Shown piece by piece: positions 25,236 to 37,309 of a DNA stretch of 64,000 nucleotides (position 1 is the stretch's first letter; each line of letters begins with the position of its first letter). The translations under genes were made by a program, and so were the position numbers. This DNA is from Callorhinchus milii. Its lineage: Eukaryota. The stretch covers positions 45,200,001 through 45,264,000 of the forward strand of contig NW_024704743.1 of NCBI RefSeq assembly GCF_018977255.1, written 5' to 3'. The notes under the pieces were generated by a model. That model searched no databases. It was not told where the DNA came from and saw nothing but the letters and a program-made list of their open reading frames with translations.

Positions 25236-26039
25236 ACATATTTAACAATCAACAGACAATGTATTTCCTAAATCCATGCTCAAGCAGTCCTAGTTAAATA
25301 ATGTGATAAAAATCGGTATAAACATCTGCATGTTAAAGAAGAGAATTTTCGCCAATACTGTCATAGAAGCATTATGCTGTTTCTGATTTGTGACTAGTAT
25401 TCAGTGTGAATTTGGGATTAATAAAAAGTTTGAAGTGTATGAACAGATAGATGGAAAGAAAACATGTAGCAAAGGTTTCCTAAAACACTTACTTTAATGG
25501 GAGTCCAATTACACATGAATACTGTATGAACTCATTAAAAATTTAGGGCGTTTGAGTCTCTGCCAAAGTTACCATATGTAAAAAAGCAGTTTCCAATGGA
25601 GCAGAGGAACCCTAGATTTCTCTCCCCAACAAACTCATTCTGTGTTAATGACATGGCCCATTCTTGGAATAGGGCTTTTACACAAAATACCTCACAAGGG
25701 AGCACCTTCAAGCACTCAGTGGAATCAAGGCTACAATTAGAGAAAAAGCTTCTGTTTCTGCAACAAGATGCTTCATCTGCAAAAGGACACCCCATACTGC
25801 ACAAGTTAAGAATTTTTCACTTCCCACAGCAGCCCTTCAAGTAAAATTGGAAAACAGTGGTAGCTTTGTGCAGTGAGTGTGAATCATTCACAGTACAAGA
25901 ATAATCTGATAACAAAAGTATAAGAAAGACCAGAAGATGGTGAATCTGGCAAACTATAGATTAATATATAAAAAAAGTAACGGATAATCTGATGAGACTA
26001 AAGTGAAATTTTCAGACCAAGATGATTTTCACCTCAGGT

Positions 26040-26470
26040 ATTAAAATACTTGCATTTGGTACAGCGTCTTATCACGTCAGAAGGACATCTCAAAATGCTA
26101 AACGCGATTTACTGTGAAATGGAGGGAGTGTATATTTGTAGGCAAACGCGTTTGACAATTAAGCACAGTAATTCCCACAAACAGCGTTGAAACAAATGAC
26201 CAATTTTATTTGGGGGATTGTTGGCCAAGACAGCAGGAGAAACTCCCTTCTCAATTCAAATAGTGCCATGGGATCTTTAACATCCATATGAACAGCCAGT
26301 CGGGAACTCAGTTTATCGTCTCATTCAAGAGATGGCACATCCGACCATGCAACACCCACCCAACACTATAGTGTCATCTTAAGACTATGTGAGTTCAAGT
26401 TCTGATGTGGGATTTGAACCCACAATCTTCCGACTCAGAGGTGAGAGCCCTACCACTAGGTCAAGCTGAC
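26040..26470 (-). mobile_element. Deu-type SINE
   Basis: Reverse complement of head (gggatttgaaccc...taccact) and tail. Confidence 0.7.
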
Positions 26471-27099
26471 AAACATAAAGGTGAAGATATTGGATGTGCA
26501 TTAGATAATTTTCAAAATCTCTCATGATTCAGGAACACCAACAGAAAATTGGAAGGTAACAAATGAGATATTAATCAATAAGAGAGAAAGCCACAAATCA
26601 ACAATTTGTACATAGAAGAACTTTTCAAGCCCAAATGGGAGCCCGAGCCAAAGGTGCAGTCAAAGAATTTTCGGAAGATGTTGAAAGCAGAGGGAGCAAG
26701 GTGACAAATTTTGAAAGAGTTCCAAAGATGGGGCAAAAAGGGTGAAAACTTGCTCCCTGATGGTGAGGCAGAGCAGCTTTTGAAGGAGAAGACGAGGACA
26801 TTAATCAATCCCCTGAAGATAAGGAGCCAATGGACCCGGACAAGAATTGGGGTAATAGGTTTGCAGATGTTGTTATGGGAGAGATGGCAGGCTGCGGAGA
26901 TCTGACTATCTGGAACTTGTGAAGTGTGGAAACCTGTGGAGGCCAACAAGCAGGGAGCTGGATATGTCACGTCTGGAGTTAACAAAAGCATGGATGAGGT
27001 TTCTAGCTGCATGGGGGATGAAATCAAGTAACTTGTAGGCCAGTGAATTATCAGGTCCAGGCAAATTGTTAGAATTCATCATCATGGGCAATGAAATAA

Positions 27100-27995
27100 G
27101 CATCTGAATAAATTTTAATTTATGAGAAAAAATCAGCATAGTTAAGTGAAAGGAAGATCATGTCTGATAACCTTTGTTTTTGACAACACTACTGAGAATG
27201 ATAAAGGAGGATCAATAAATTCAGTTGAATGTCTTTATTCTAAAGGCATTTGATGAAACACCACATAAGAGATCATGTGGATTGGAGGAAATCTGGTGAC
27301 ATGGATAACAAATTGGTTAGCAGATACAAGTTGCAAAGTTAAAAAGAACATTCTCTAAGTATCAGGTATTAATTAAAGATATCCCCAAGTAGAAAGGTGC
27401 AGGGCACGCAACCTTTAAGGTTATAAATGACCAGGATATAGGAAGAAAGGAGAGTATATCCACGTTTACTGTTGACAGTAAGACAAAAGGTTTACTAAAT
27501 TGTGATGAAGAGCAGAAAATTTACAAAGAAACAGACAGACAGATTAAGTGATGGAAGATAGCAGATGGAATTCAACATTGCAAAATGTGAGGTATTGCAC
27601 TTTGCAAAAGAGTGGCAAAAGGAGGACTACATTCTAAAAATGGAAGCACTAGGGTGGGAGCAGGAAGAGCAAAGAAACAAAAAGATTTATTCAAGTGCTT
27701 ACGTTTGCTTGGAGAGAAAGTAATCGAAAAGATGAAAAGGATGCTGGGCTTTACAACAAAGGTCTACAACATAAAAGCAAGGAAGTGCTGCTATAGTTGA
27801 ATGCAGCATGAGTCAGACATCATTTGAAACATTGCTTGAGCTCCCAATCTTAGAATGTATTGGCCTTGAAGGCCACAAAGTAACAATTCCCCAAATTAAT
27901 AGCCAGGTTGCAAGGGTTTAGCTATGATGATGAGGATGGGTTAACAAGTTATATTCTCTGGAGTTGAAGAATTAAGGGATGATCTGATCGGGGTG
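27100..27995 (+). mobile_element. Decayed CR1 LINE RT fragment
   Basis: SKAFDETPHKR-like and QMEFNIAKCEVLHF motifs with many lesions. Confidence 0.7.
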
Positions 27996-28094
27996 TTTCA
28001 CTGGCAACAATAAATTACATTTGTATAGCACCTTTCACATCAGGAGGATGTCCCTAGGCACTCATTATAGGAATTACTTCACTCAAGTAGAAGC

Positions 28095-29345
28095 AACAAC
28101 AAAATTACATTTGTATAGCGCCTTTCACGTCGGGAGGACGTCCCAAAGCGCTGGACAAACAAGAGTTTCGGACCCGTGCTGGGGGTCGGAATCGGGGAGG
28201 GTGGAGGGCAGGGCGATCGAAAACACAGTTGAAGTGGAGGTCTTGAGATGAGTCTCGAAGGAGGCAAGGGAGGGGACGAGGTGGAGGGACTGTGGGATGG
28301 AGTTCCAGAGGGCGGGGCAGAGTGGCAGAAGGCCCACCGCCAATAGTGGGGTGAGCGAGGCAGGGGACGTGAAGGAGGCCAGAGCCCGCTGAGCGGAGGG
28401 AGCGAGCAGGATGGTAGGGGGTTAGGAGGTCGCAAAGGTAGATGGGAGCAAGACCATGGAGGGCTTTGAAGGTGAGGACCAGGATTCCCATTCACTGGCT
28501 TCCCATTCTTTGTGCGATGGGAAGCCAGTGGAGTCGGATGAGGATGGGAATGATAGGGTCAAGGAGCCTGACACGCAAGAGGACGCAGGCTGCAGAGTTC
28601 TGGATGATGTGCAGCCTGTGGAGGAAGGAGTTGAGGAGGCCAGCAAGCAAGGAGTTTGCATAGTCAAGCCTCAATATATTGAAAGCGCGTATGAGAGTGG
28701 CAGAGCCGGACAATGTTGCGGAGGTGGGGGAAGGCAGAACGGGGTCATGGCACAGATGTGGGGTGGAAAAGATAGTCGAGGGTCAAACAAGACCCCATGG
28801 TTCTGGACTGGCTTGGTAAGGTGGAGTGTGCAACCATGGATGGTGATGCTGTCAGCGCCTGAGGTGAGGAGACGCTGACGGGAGCCAATCAGGAGAGCCT
28901 CGGTCTTGTTGACATTCAACTGAAGAAAGTTAGCTCTCATCCAGGAGTTGATGAATGACAGTGATTCTGTCAGGACAGCAGCAGTCCTGGAGTCAAGGGT
29001 GGAAGCAGAGGTACAGTTGGGTGTCATCTGCATACATGTGGAAGTTGATCCCATGTCTGCGGATAATGTCACCAAGAGGGAGCATATAGATATTGAAGAG
29101 GAGGGGACCAAGGACAGAGCTCTGAGGAATTCCACACAAAAACGATTCGGGTCGAGAGGAGAAACCATTAGTGAACATGAAGTCAAGGCGGTGTGAGATG
29201 TACGATCTGAACCAGTCAAGGACAGAGCCACGAAAGTTGATGTGAGAGGAAGCAGTGGATGAGGATCGACTGTGTCAAAGGCAGCAGAGTGGTCAAGGAG
29301 GACGAGGAGGCAGAGGGAGCCTTTGTCGCAGATGGACAGAATGTC
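28095..29345 (-). mobile_element. 5'-truncated L2 LINE
   Basis: [51 protein letters not shown]; tail at 28095. Confidence 0.92.
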
Positions 29346-30597
29346 CATCAACAACAAATTTAATTTGTATAGTGCCTTTCACGTCGGGTGGACGTACCAA
29401 CGTACAAAACAAATATTGGGATGTTTTAATCAGATACCTTTTTCATAACACAGTGGGATAGTGGGGTATGATATATTCATCAACAGATGAATCACTTTAG
29501 CTTATCCAAAATAATCATTTTTATTTATTTGAAGGTACAGTAAACAAAATGTTAGAAAGAGCCTCAAAATTTTGTTTAACACAAATGATCACTTCTTTTG
29601 CTTTAAGATTTCTTAATACTGTAGTGGTGTGAAGATCACATTAACATACAATATCCCACTCTCCAATAGCACACCCAGGAATTGGATATGCAGATAACCG
29701 CTTAATAATTCGACCTCGTCTTAACGTATTGCTATTAACTTTAGTCATCATGCGGTCAATATTTCAGCCGCATTTATTTATGTATGTTATATTTGCCTAA
29801 GTCCACACTCCGGATAACTCATCACTGAGCCCTTTTCCCTTGGAGTGACAAGTTAACAGGACTTAACTGTATATTTACTGCATTAAATCCTTTCATTTGT
29901 TAATTCAAGAGATAAGGGAACACAATTACCTTGATACATATCTATTTAATGAATTACAACAATAACAACAATTTACATAGCACATTTTGTGTCAAGAGGA
30001 CGTCTCAAATTGATCAGGAACGTGAGGGGAAACTGGAAGAAGGTGGCTGAAAGTGTGGTAGAAGGGACAGGTCTTAAAGCGTGTTTTGAAGGTGGGAAGG
30101 GACATGGTAGAGTGACTCTGAGATGGATTTGAAAGAACACAGGCAAAATATGGTAGTTTTAAAGGGGATTCAGAAGCAAAGGGACCTGGGTGCTTCACAT
30201 ACACAGGTTTTTGAAGGTGGCAGGAAAGGTTGATAGTGCTGTTAAAAAAACATGAGATCCTTGGCTTCATAAATAGAAGCATATACAAAAGCAAGGAAGT
30301 TCTGCTAAACCTTTATAAATCACCGTTAGGTCTCAGCTGGAGTATTGTGTCCAATTCTGGACTTGCTGGTTGGTTGAGTGGAGAGAGCAGCCAGGGCAAT
30401 AGGGTCCTAAAAGTACAGAGTTGTGCGAAGCCATGGAGGCATTTGAAAGCAAGGACGGGATTCTCAATTCCATCCCCTGAGGGATGGATGGGGAGCCAAG
30501 CAAACACGAGTGTAATAGACGTCTGGAGTTTGGTGCAAAAAAATTACACAGCACTTTTAATTATTATAAAATATTCCACAATTCCAGCACAGATAGA

Positions 30598-31030
30598 ATA
30601 TTCCTTGCATTTTGATATAGTACCTTTCACGTCAAGCAGATGTGGTAAAGTGCTTCACGGGATATACTGCATTGTAAAGTGAAGTGACTGTTTTGTAGGC
30701 GAAGTTGACAGCCAATTTGCACATAGCAATGTTCCATAACCAGCTGGTTATGGGGGGGCGGGGGTGATTGTTGACTAAGCCACTGGGAGAAAGCCCCTTC
30801 TCTTTTTTTAAATAGTGCCATGGGATCTTTAACAAACACCTTAACAGGCAGCCGGGGCCTCGGTTTAACGTCTCAGCTGGAGGACGGCACCTCTAAGAAT
30901 GCAGCACAGCCCCATCACTGCACTGAATGTCATCTTAGACTACACAAGTTCCAAGTCCTGACATGGGATTTGACCCTACAATCTTCTGACTTGGCGGCTA
31001 GTGCAACCAATTGAGCCAGCCTCACACTTA
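30598..31030 (-). mobile_element. Deu-type SINE
   Basis: Reverse complement of full head-Deu-tail structure. Confidence 0.7.
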
Positions 31031-33881
31031 AGGTGCTGATCGCCTTTAGTGCTGCAAACATTGCATGATTCGAATAGTTTGCTAGTGGTTTATTTTTCAG
31101 TTATGAATTCCTGAACCTGTCAAAAATGTTTCTATTTAATTGGATTAATATCCCAAAATAATGCCTTGAAAAGACTATCGCATAATTTGAAGGCTCCTAA
31201 AATTTGTAGTAATCATGTGACCCAATGATATAATTTTTTTCACTAAAATTGCCAACATTAGCTCACATCAATATTATCTCCTGTTTTATTGCACATGTGC
31301 AACCCAGGAAACAACGTCAATGTCAACTTAATGTCCAGCAATTGACCATTTTAGCTTCCTGCAGTAAATAAAATGTTAAGTGTTCAGATCACCAGGTGGT
31401 ATACAACATAAGTTTTTGATTTGCGTATGCACAGTAAACAGGAAGAGATGGTGGCTGCAACTCAATTGTCATCCATTTTTCTTCTAGAGCATGCAGGAAG
31501 CAAGTCAGCTGTGCACATTTGCAGTCAAATTCACTATCAATCCCAAACGCCATGTTATAATGGGGTTCCACTGTGTCCTGCATGCGAGAGACATCTGATA
31601 TTAAATGGCTGTCAGCCTAGCTCAGTTGGTAGAACTCTCATTTCAGAGCCAAGATGATAGTGTCATAGGATGACACTCTAGCGAGAGAGAAATGTCGCAT
31701 TGTCTAAGGTACCATCCTTCAAATCAGAAAACTGAGGTCCCCATTCAGTTGTACTTTAATTTGTTACATGGCACCATCCAAAAAGAGAAGGGAGTTTGAC
31801 CAATTTTATCTGGAAGATAGTTGGCCAACAATTATTGCATGGTCGGAGGTTAATCCGAGATCCCATCAAGACTGTACAGGCTGAAGATCCCATGAACTAT
31901 TCAAAAAAAGTGAGATTCTCCCTGTGTCTAGGCTAACAAATTCCCAAAATAAAATTGGTCATTCACTTCATTGTGGCTTGTGGGACATTGCTGTGGGCAA
32001 ACCGACTACCTTGTTTCACCCACAAAATACAGTCAAAACCACTTTATAGTATATCCTGTGAAGCGCTTTCAAATGTCTCGACAAAGTGATAAGGCGCTAT
32101 ATCAAATGCAAGGATTATTATTATTATCATGGCTATTTGTGAAACATCTTGCTGCCCTATGAAAACTGGTTGCGGCATTCACCTACAATCACTACACTTT
32201 ACAGCAAAATCCTGTAAAGTGCTTTGACAGGTTTCTGCGACATGATAGGAACTACTGTATATTAAATGCAAGGAATTTGTTAATAATATTGCCTTGATGA
32301 AACACCATCTGCATTACAAAACTTGGCTCCTAAGCTTTGCAGCAATAATCCAGTTTTTTTAATTTGACAATATTATCACAGATAAAGGTCTGAATCTATA
32401 GTCATAAAATAATCTTTGCATTTGATATAGTATCAAACATCAAAATATCTCAAAGCACATAATTTGACATGGGTAAATAAGAACAAACTTGCTTTAAACT
32501 GCCTTATGATGCAATGTCAAAGTGTTTCATAGATAATTCCGAGTAAATAAAATGAGCAATTGGAGGCAAACACAGCAGACACTTGCATTAACATGGTCTC
32601 AGAGACCTCTATGAAGTGAATGACCAACTAACCTGGTGAACAGTTAGGCAGGACAGAAGAAACAACTGCTCATCAGGTTCCATAGTTAACACGAGTGTAT
32701 TTAAATTATGTATCTATATTCAGCTAATTATTCTATTGAGAATAGAAGACAATCTGTACCCTGCATAGCCCAATCAATGTAATTCTCTATCCCGTTTAGT
32801 GAATGTTTAAGACTGTAGTGAGTAAAAGTTCACAACTCTTCAAGTTAATGTCTCCCAAATAAAACGTAACTTGCACTTCTCATATTGTATTCTGTGCTAG
32901 AAATCAAGCAGGAATTTTCACACCTATAGGTCATGAACAATAAGCGTTCTGGGACCTAACCTGTGTGAAGGGCATTATATCTATGTAAGTTTTTGCTGTA
33001 GCAATATTGGTTCTAATTTTATGACGAATGCCACAGTAATACTGCCATTTGGTAACATCATGGTCCTTTTCACCACTTCCTCCAGTAACAATGCATGATC
33101 TAGTACATAATCTTTTGGATTACGCCATGGTCAGATGTGCAATACTGCAATAATGCCAGTGTTAAGTACCTGTAGATAACCAGTGGTGTACTAGAATAGC
33201 CACTACTGTACATCAAAACCATCAATGTGTATTAGTTGCAGTATTGCCTTTTAAACTTCACGCTTTACAGTTCTAACAACTTTTTTTCTATTTCTAACAA
33301 GTAAAAAGCCGGCAATTCTTACAAAAGTGCTTCTCTATCATTAGAAATGCCAAAGCTAATCACTCTGACACAAACTTGAGTTTGTAAGTGTGGAGCTCTG
33401 CCTTTCCCAACTCAACTGTAATATGAGCAGTGAGCATAACAATTTGTCTGACATTTATTTGATCACAACATTACAAAGTTCCAATATAAACTCTGAATAA
33501 GGCCACTGCAAATTGGAACTGGTATTTTCCCCATTTCTCCTTTTAGTTTTTGTTTCATCATCACTTCCCCAAATACTTTCTAGGCTTGAAAGTTTAGCTT
33601 TCATTCCCCTCTCTATGAAGTAAATATCTACTGTAGTTGACCTGAGTCAACCTAAGACTGTCATCTGCTGCCCAACTTAGATCATCAACTGCATCTTTAC
33701 GAGATCTCTGTGTGATGCATAGTGCAAGTGCATCACTGAAGAAGCACTGTACATTACTGATGAGAATGGGAGTTATTTAAAGATCTCCTAATTAGGATTA
33801 TCAGAAACTAAGAGGAAAAAATGTTCAGACTCCGATTTGAATAATTTCTGTTCACAGCTCCAGAGATTCAGAATCTAGGAG

Positions 33882-36110
33882 CAACAACTTGCACTTATAT
33901 AGCGCCCTCTACACAGGGTAGCGAATTCAAAGATCCTCACCCTCACCTACAAGGCCATTCACGGCCTTGCTCCCTCCTACCTCTCCGACCTACTATCCCC
34001 CTACCTACCCGCCCGTACCCTCCATTCCTCTGGCTCCGGTCTCCTCCACATCCCCCGCCCCAACCGCCCTACTATCAGTGGCCGGGCCTTCAGCCTCTCA
34101 GCCCCGAGGCTCTGGAACTCTATCCCCCAGTGCCTTCGCCGCCTCCTCCCTTTCCTCCTTCAAGGCCGGTCTCAAGACCTTTCTCTTTGACCGTGCCTTC
34201 AGCTCCCCTCTCGACTCTCTACCCCCTCCTCGCTCCCTCCCTTCCCTCCCCTCACCCTGACCATTTCCCCCTTGTTCGGGTCCTGACCCAACTGTACAGC
34301 GCCTTGGGACGTCCTCCCGACGTGAAAGGCGCTCAATAAATGGAATCTTGTTGTTGTTGTTGTTGTAGCGTCTAAGAGCACTTAACAGTGGCGGAGTCTG
34401 ACTCTGAGGCGGGTGGGGGTGGAGGTGACCGTAAGTATGGTCGAAAAGGAAAGTCTTCAGGTGGGATTTGAAAAAGGGGAAAGGGCGGGCAAGGCGGAGG
34501 GATTGAGGGAGTGTGTTGCAGAGCTTTGGGGTGTTGTGGCTGAAAGCATGACCTCCAATGGTAGAGCAGAGGGTGCGCGGGACCAGCAGGAGGCTGGTGC
34601 TAGTCGAGTGTAGGATTGGGGAGTGAGGAGGTCAGAGAAGTAGGGAGGTGCCAAGTAGTGAATGGATTTGAACGCGAGTGTGAGGATCGTGAAGTCGATC
34701 TGTTCAGTGATGTGGAGCCAGTGGAGCCTGGCCAGAACTGGTGAGATGGGGATACAGAGATTGGTTTGAATGAGCTGTTTTTTTAAAAAAAATAGTGGAA
34801 CTGGGGAGACCAGCAAGGAGTGCGTTCGAGTAATCCAGGCAGATGACAAACTCATGCATGAGGGTTTCGACTGCATTTGGGGTAAGATACGGTCGGAGAT
34901 GGGCAATGTGGTGGAGGTGGAGGAAGGCGGTCCTGGTCAGGGACTGGATGTGGGGAAGGAAGGATAGCTGGGGGTCGAACTGGACGCCTAGATTTCACAC
35001 CGGTTTGAAGAGTCTGAGGGAGAGCCCAGGGAGATTGAGGTGTTCAAATCTGCAGGAGTGAAGACGTTGATGGGAGCCGAAGAGTATAGCTTCCGTCTTG
35101 TCCACATTCAGCTGGAGGAAGTTTGCACTCATCCAGGCCCTGACATCTGCCAGTCAAGCTGATAGAACATCGGCAGACCTGGAGTCGATGCTGGAGGAGG
35201 CAAAGTAGATCTGTGTGTCATCTGCATACATGTGGAAGTTTACCCAGTGTCAGGGGATGACGTCGCCAAGAGGGAGCATATTGATGAGGAAACGAAGAGG
35301 ACGAAGGATGGAGCCCTGGGATACCCCGCAGGTGACCGGGCGAGGGCTGGAGGAGAAACCATTTGCCGAGATGAAGTGAAGGCTGTTGGTTAAGTAGGAC
35401 TCGAACCATGCGAGTGCGGTCCCACTAAGGTGGTGAGGGAGGAGAGGCAGTGGAGGAGTACGGTGCAGTAAACTGTTTCGAATGCAGCAGAGAGGTCCAG
35501 GAGGATGAGGCGGTAGAGGGAACCCTGGTCACAGATAGAGAGGACGTTGCTTGTGACTTTGACAAACCATGTCTCTGCGCTGTGGGCAGACTGCAGGGGC
35601 TCGGGGAGGGAGAGGTGTGATTTAAGATGGCCCTCAACAATGCTTTCCAGGACTTTAGCAAGGAAGGGTAGGTTGGAAATGGGACGGTAATATGAGAGAT
35701 TAGAGGGATCGAGGGTGGGTTTTTTGAGGGGTGTGATAACAGCGTTTTTCAGAGGAAGTGGAACAGAGTCTGAGGAGAGAGACTGGTTGACTGTCAGGCA
35801 GCAGAGTGGAGAGGCGGGAGAGTTGAGTGACCAGCAGCTGGGTGAGGAAGTGGTCGAGGCAGAATGCGGGTGATTGTGTTGGGAGGAAGAAATCAGGGCA
35901 AAGGAGTGTAAGGAGAGGGAAGTGGTAAGAGCCGTGGCAGAGGGAGAAGGCGGTGTGGATGGTCTGGGTGAGGTGGAAGGGGACAATGCAGCCAAGTGGA
36001 TGTTTTCAATCTTTGAGATGAAGAAGTTCAGGACCTCTTCACACTTGGTGTTTGATGCAAGGATAGAGGGAGCTAGAGGGGCTGCATGGAGGAGGTGATG
36101 GACTGTGCAA
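33882..36110 (-). mobile_element. L2 LINE (second family), with a younger L2 inserted in its 3' tail
   Basis: LKKPTLDPSNLSYYRPISNLPFLAKVLE, LLDLSAAFETV, LHWLHITEQIDF; tail begins at ~33882. Confidence 0.9.
33924..34364 (+). mobile_element. Young L2 3' fragment nearly identical to the 7473-8232 copy, TSD GTAGCG
   Basis: Shared 3'UTR and (TTG)n tail; GTAGCG at 33918-33923 and 34365-34370. Confidence 0.9.
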
Positions 36111-37309
36111 AACAAGTGTCTTTAGGTTGTTTTTGGCCTCCAGGATGACTACACTATCAATAACAATATCTACACCACTAAACTAACTCAATCAAGATTG
36201 GATACTATTGTGCTTCACTTTTTTAGATTACTTAATAAAATATTCAAGTTTCAAAGCCTAATTAGGATATCATTCAAACTAGAAGTATATTTAACAGTTA
36301 AAATGACCCCATAATTAAAGGCAAAGTTACAAATGTGCTATGAAGTTTAAATGAAATATATATGCGAGGTAGAGCAGTCTCGAGAATGCTACAGGCCCAA
36401 TATTTCAAATTGAATGTTCCATTGTGATTTGCTTGGGCCTCTAAAATAAAAAGTTTGAGAATTTCATTTTAACTTCCAAGAATTTGTGTGTGTTATATAG
36501 GAATGCATGCATCAATGGAGACTGACATGAAGAAAACAGACCACACTTTAAAACTGCTCATATTTCAATTCTTTTAACTTTAAGATGGTCTTAAATCTTT
36601 TTTGAATGCCATTTTTAAAAAAATTATTATGAAATCTAGATACACAAAATTCAAGTAAAAGCACATTTGACATTTAGCTCATTCTCTCACACTTCAAGTT
36701 GAAGACACTTTCAACTTCTCATTCTCTTCAAGGGGGTCAAGCTTCAGCTTTGCTTTAGAAAGCTGACAACCCATACGGAACAAAGACTGGGGAGGGGGTG
36801 GGGCAGAGAAGTAGAACAATTTAAATTGCTCATCTCAAATAAAGTACACAACGTCAAAACAAAATGCACACGAAATCTAAAACGATGAACCACGGGGGCA
36901 ATAAAATAAAGACAAAGACTTTCTAAAGGTGAAATGTGAAAGCTTTCGTGAAGAAAGATCCATGTAATTAACAATGAAATCCTCAACTGACACTAAGATA
37001 CACTACTTGTTCCTCTGGACCCTCCGCTCCCTCACAAAACACACACATTTTTAAAAAAAATGTTTTGTCGGTCTCCGATTAGATTGGGATTTAAAGGATA
37101 CTCTTCGTGGGGAGGAAATGGGGCACTGACGTGATTTACAAACCCGGCTCTTTCCCTCACAGAAAAGAGAGGGGGAAGGAAGGTTGGAGAGGGGGGAAGA
37201 AATGCATTCTGTGTGTGTGCCGAACCGGGGCCGGTGTCACTTAATAAAAGACACTCTACATAAATAAATATAACACGCACACAGAACATTAACACTGAAC
37301 CCCTGGGGT

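Noticed and set aside
28005..29400. Repeated caacaa...tttgtatagcgcctttcacgtcggg units as a CRISPR-like array
   Set aside because: Irregular spacing; they are L2 3' tails.
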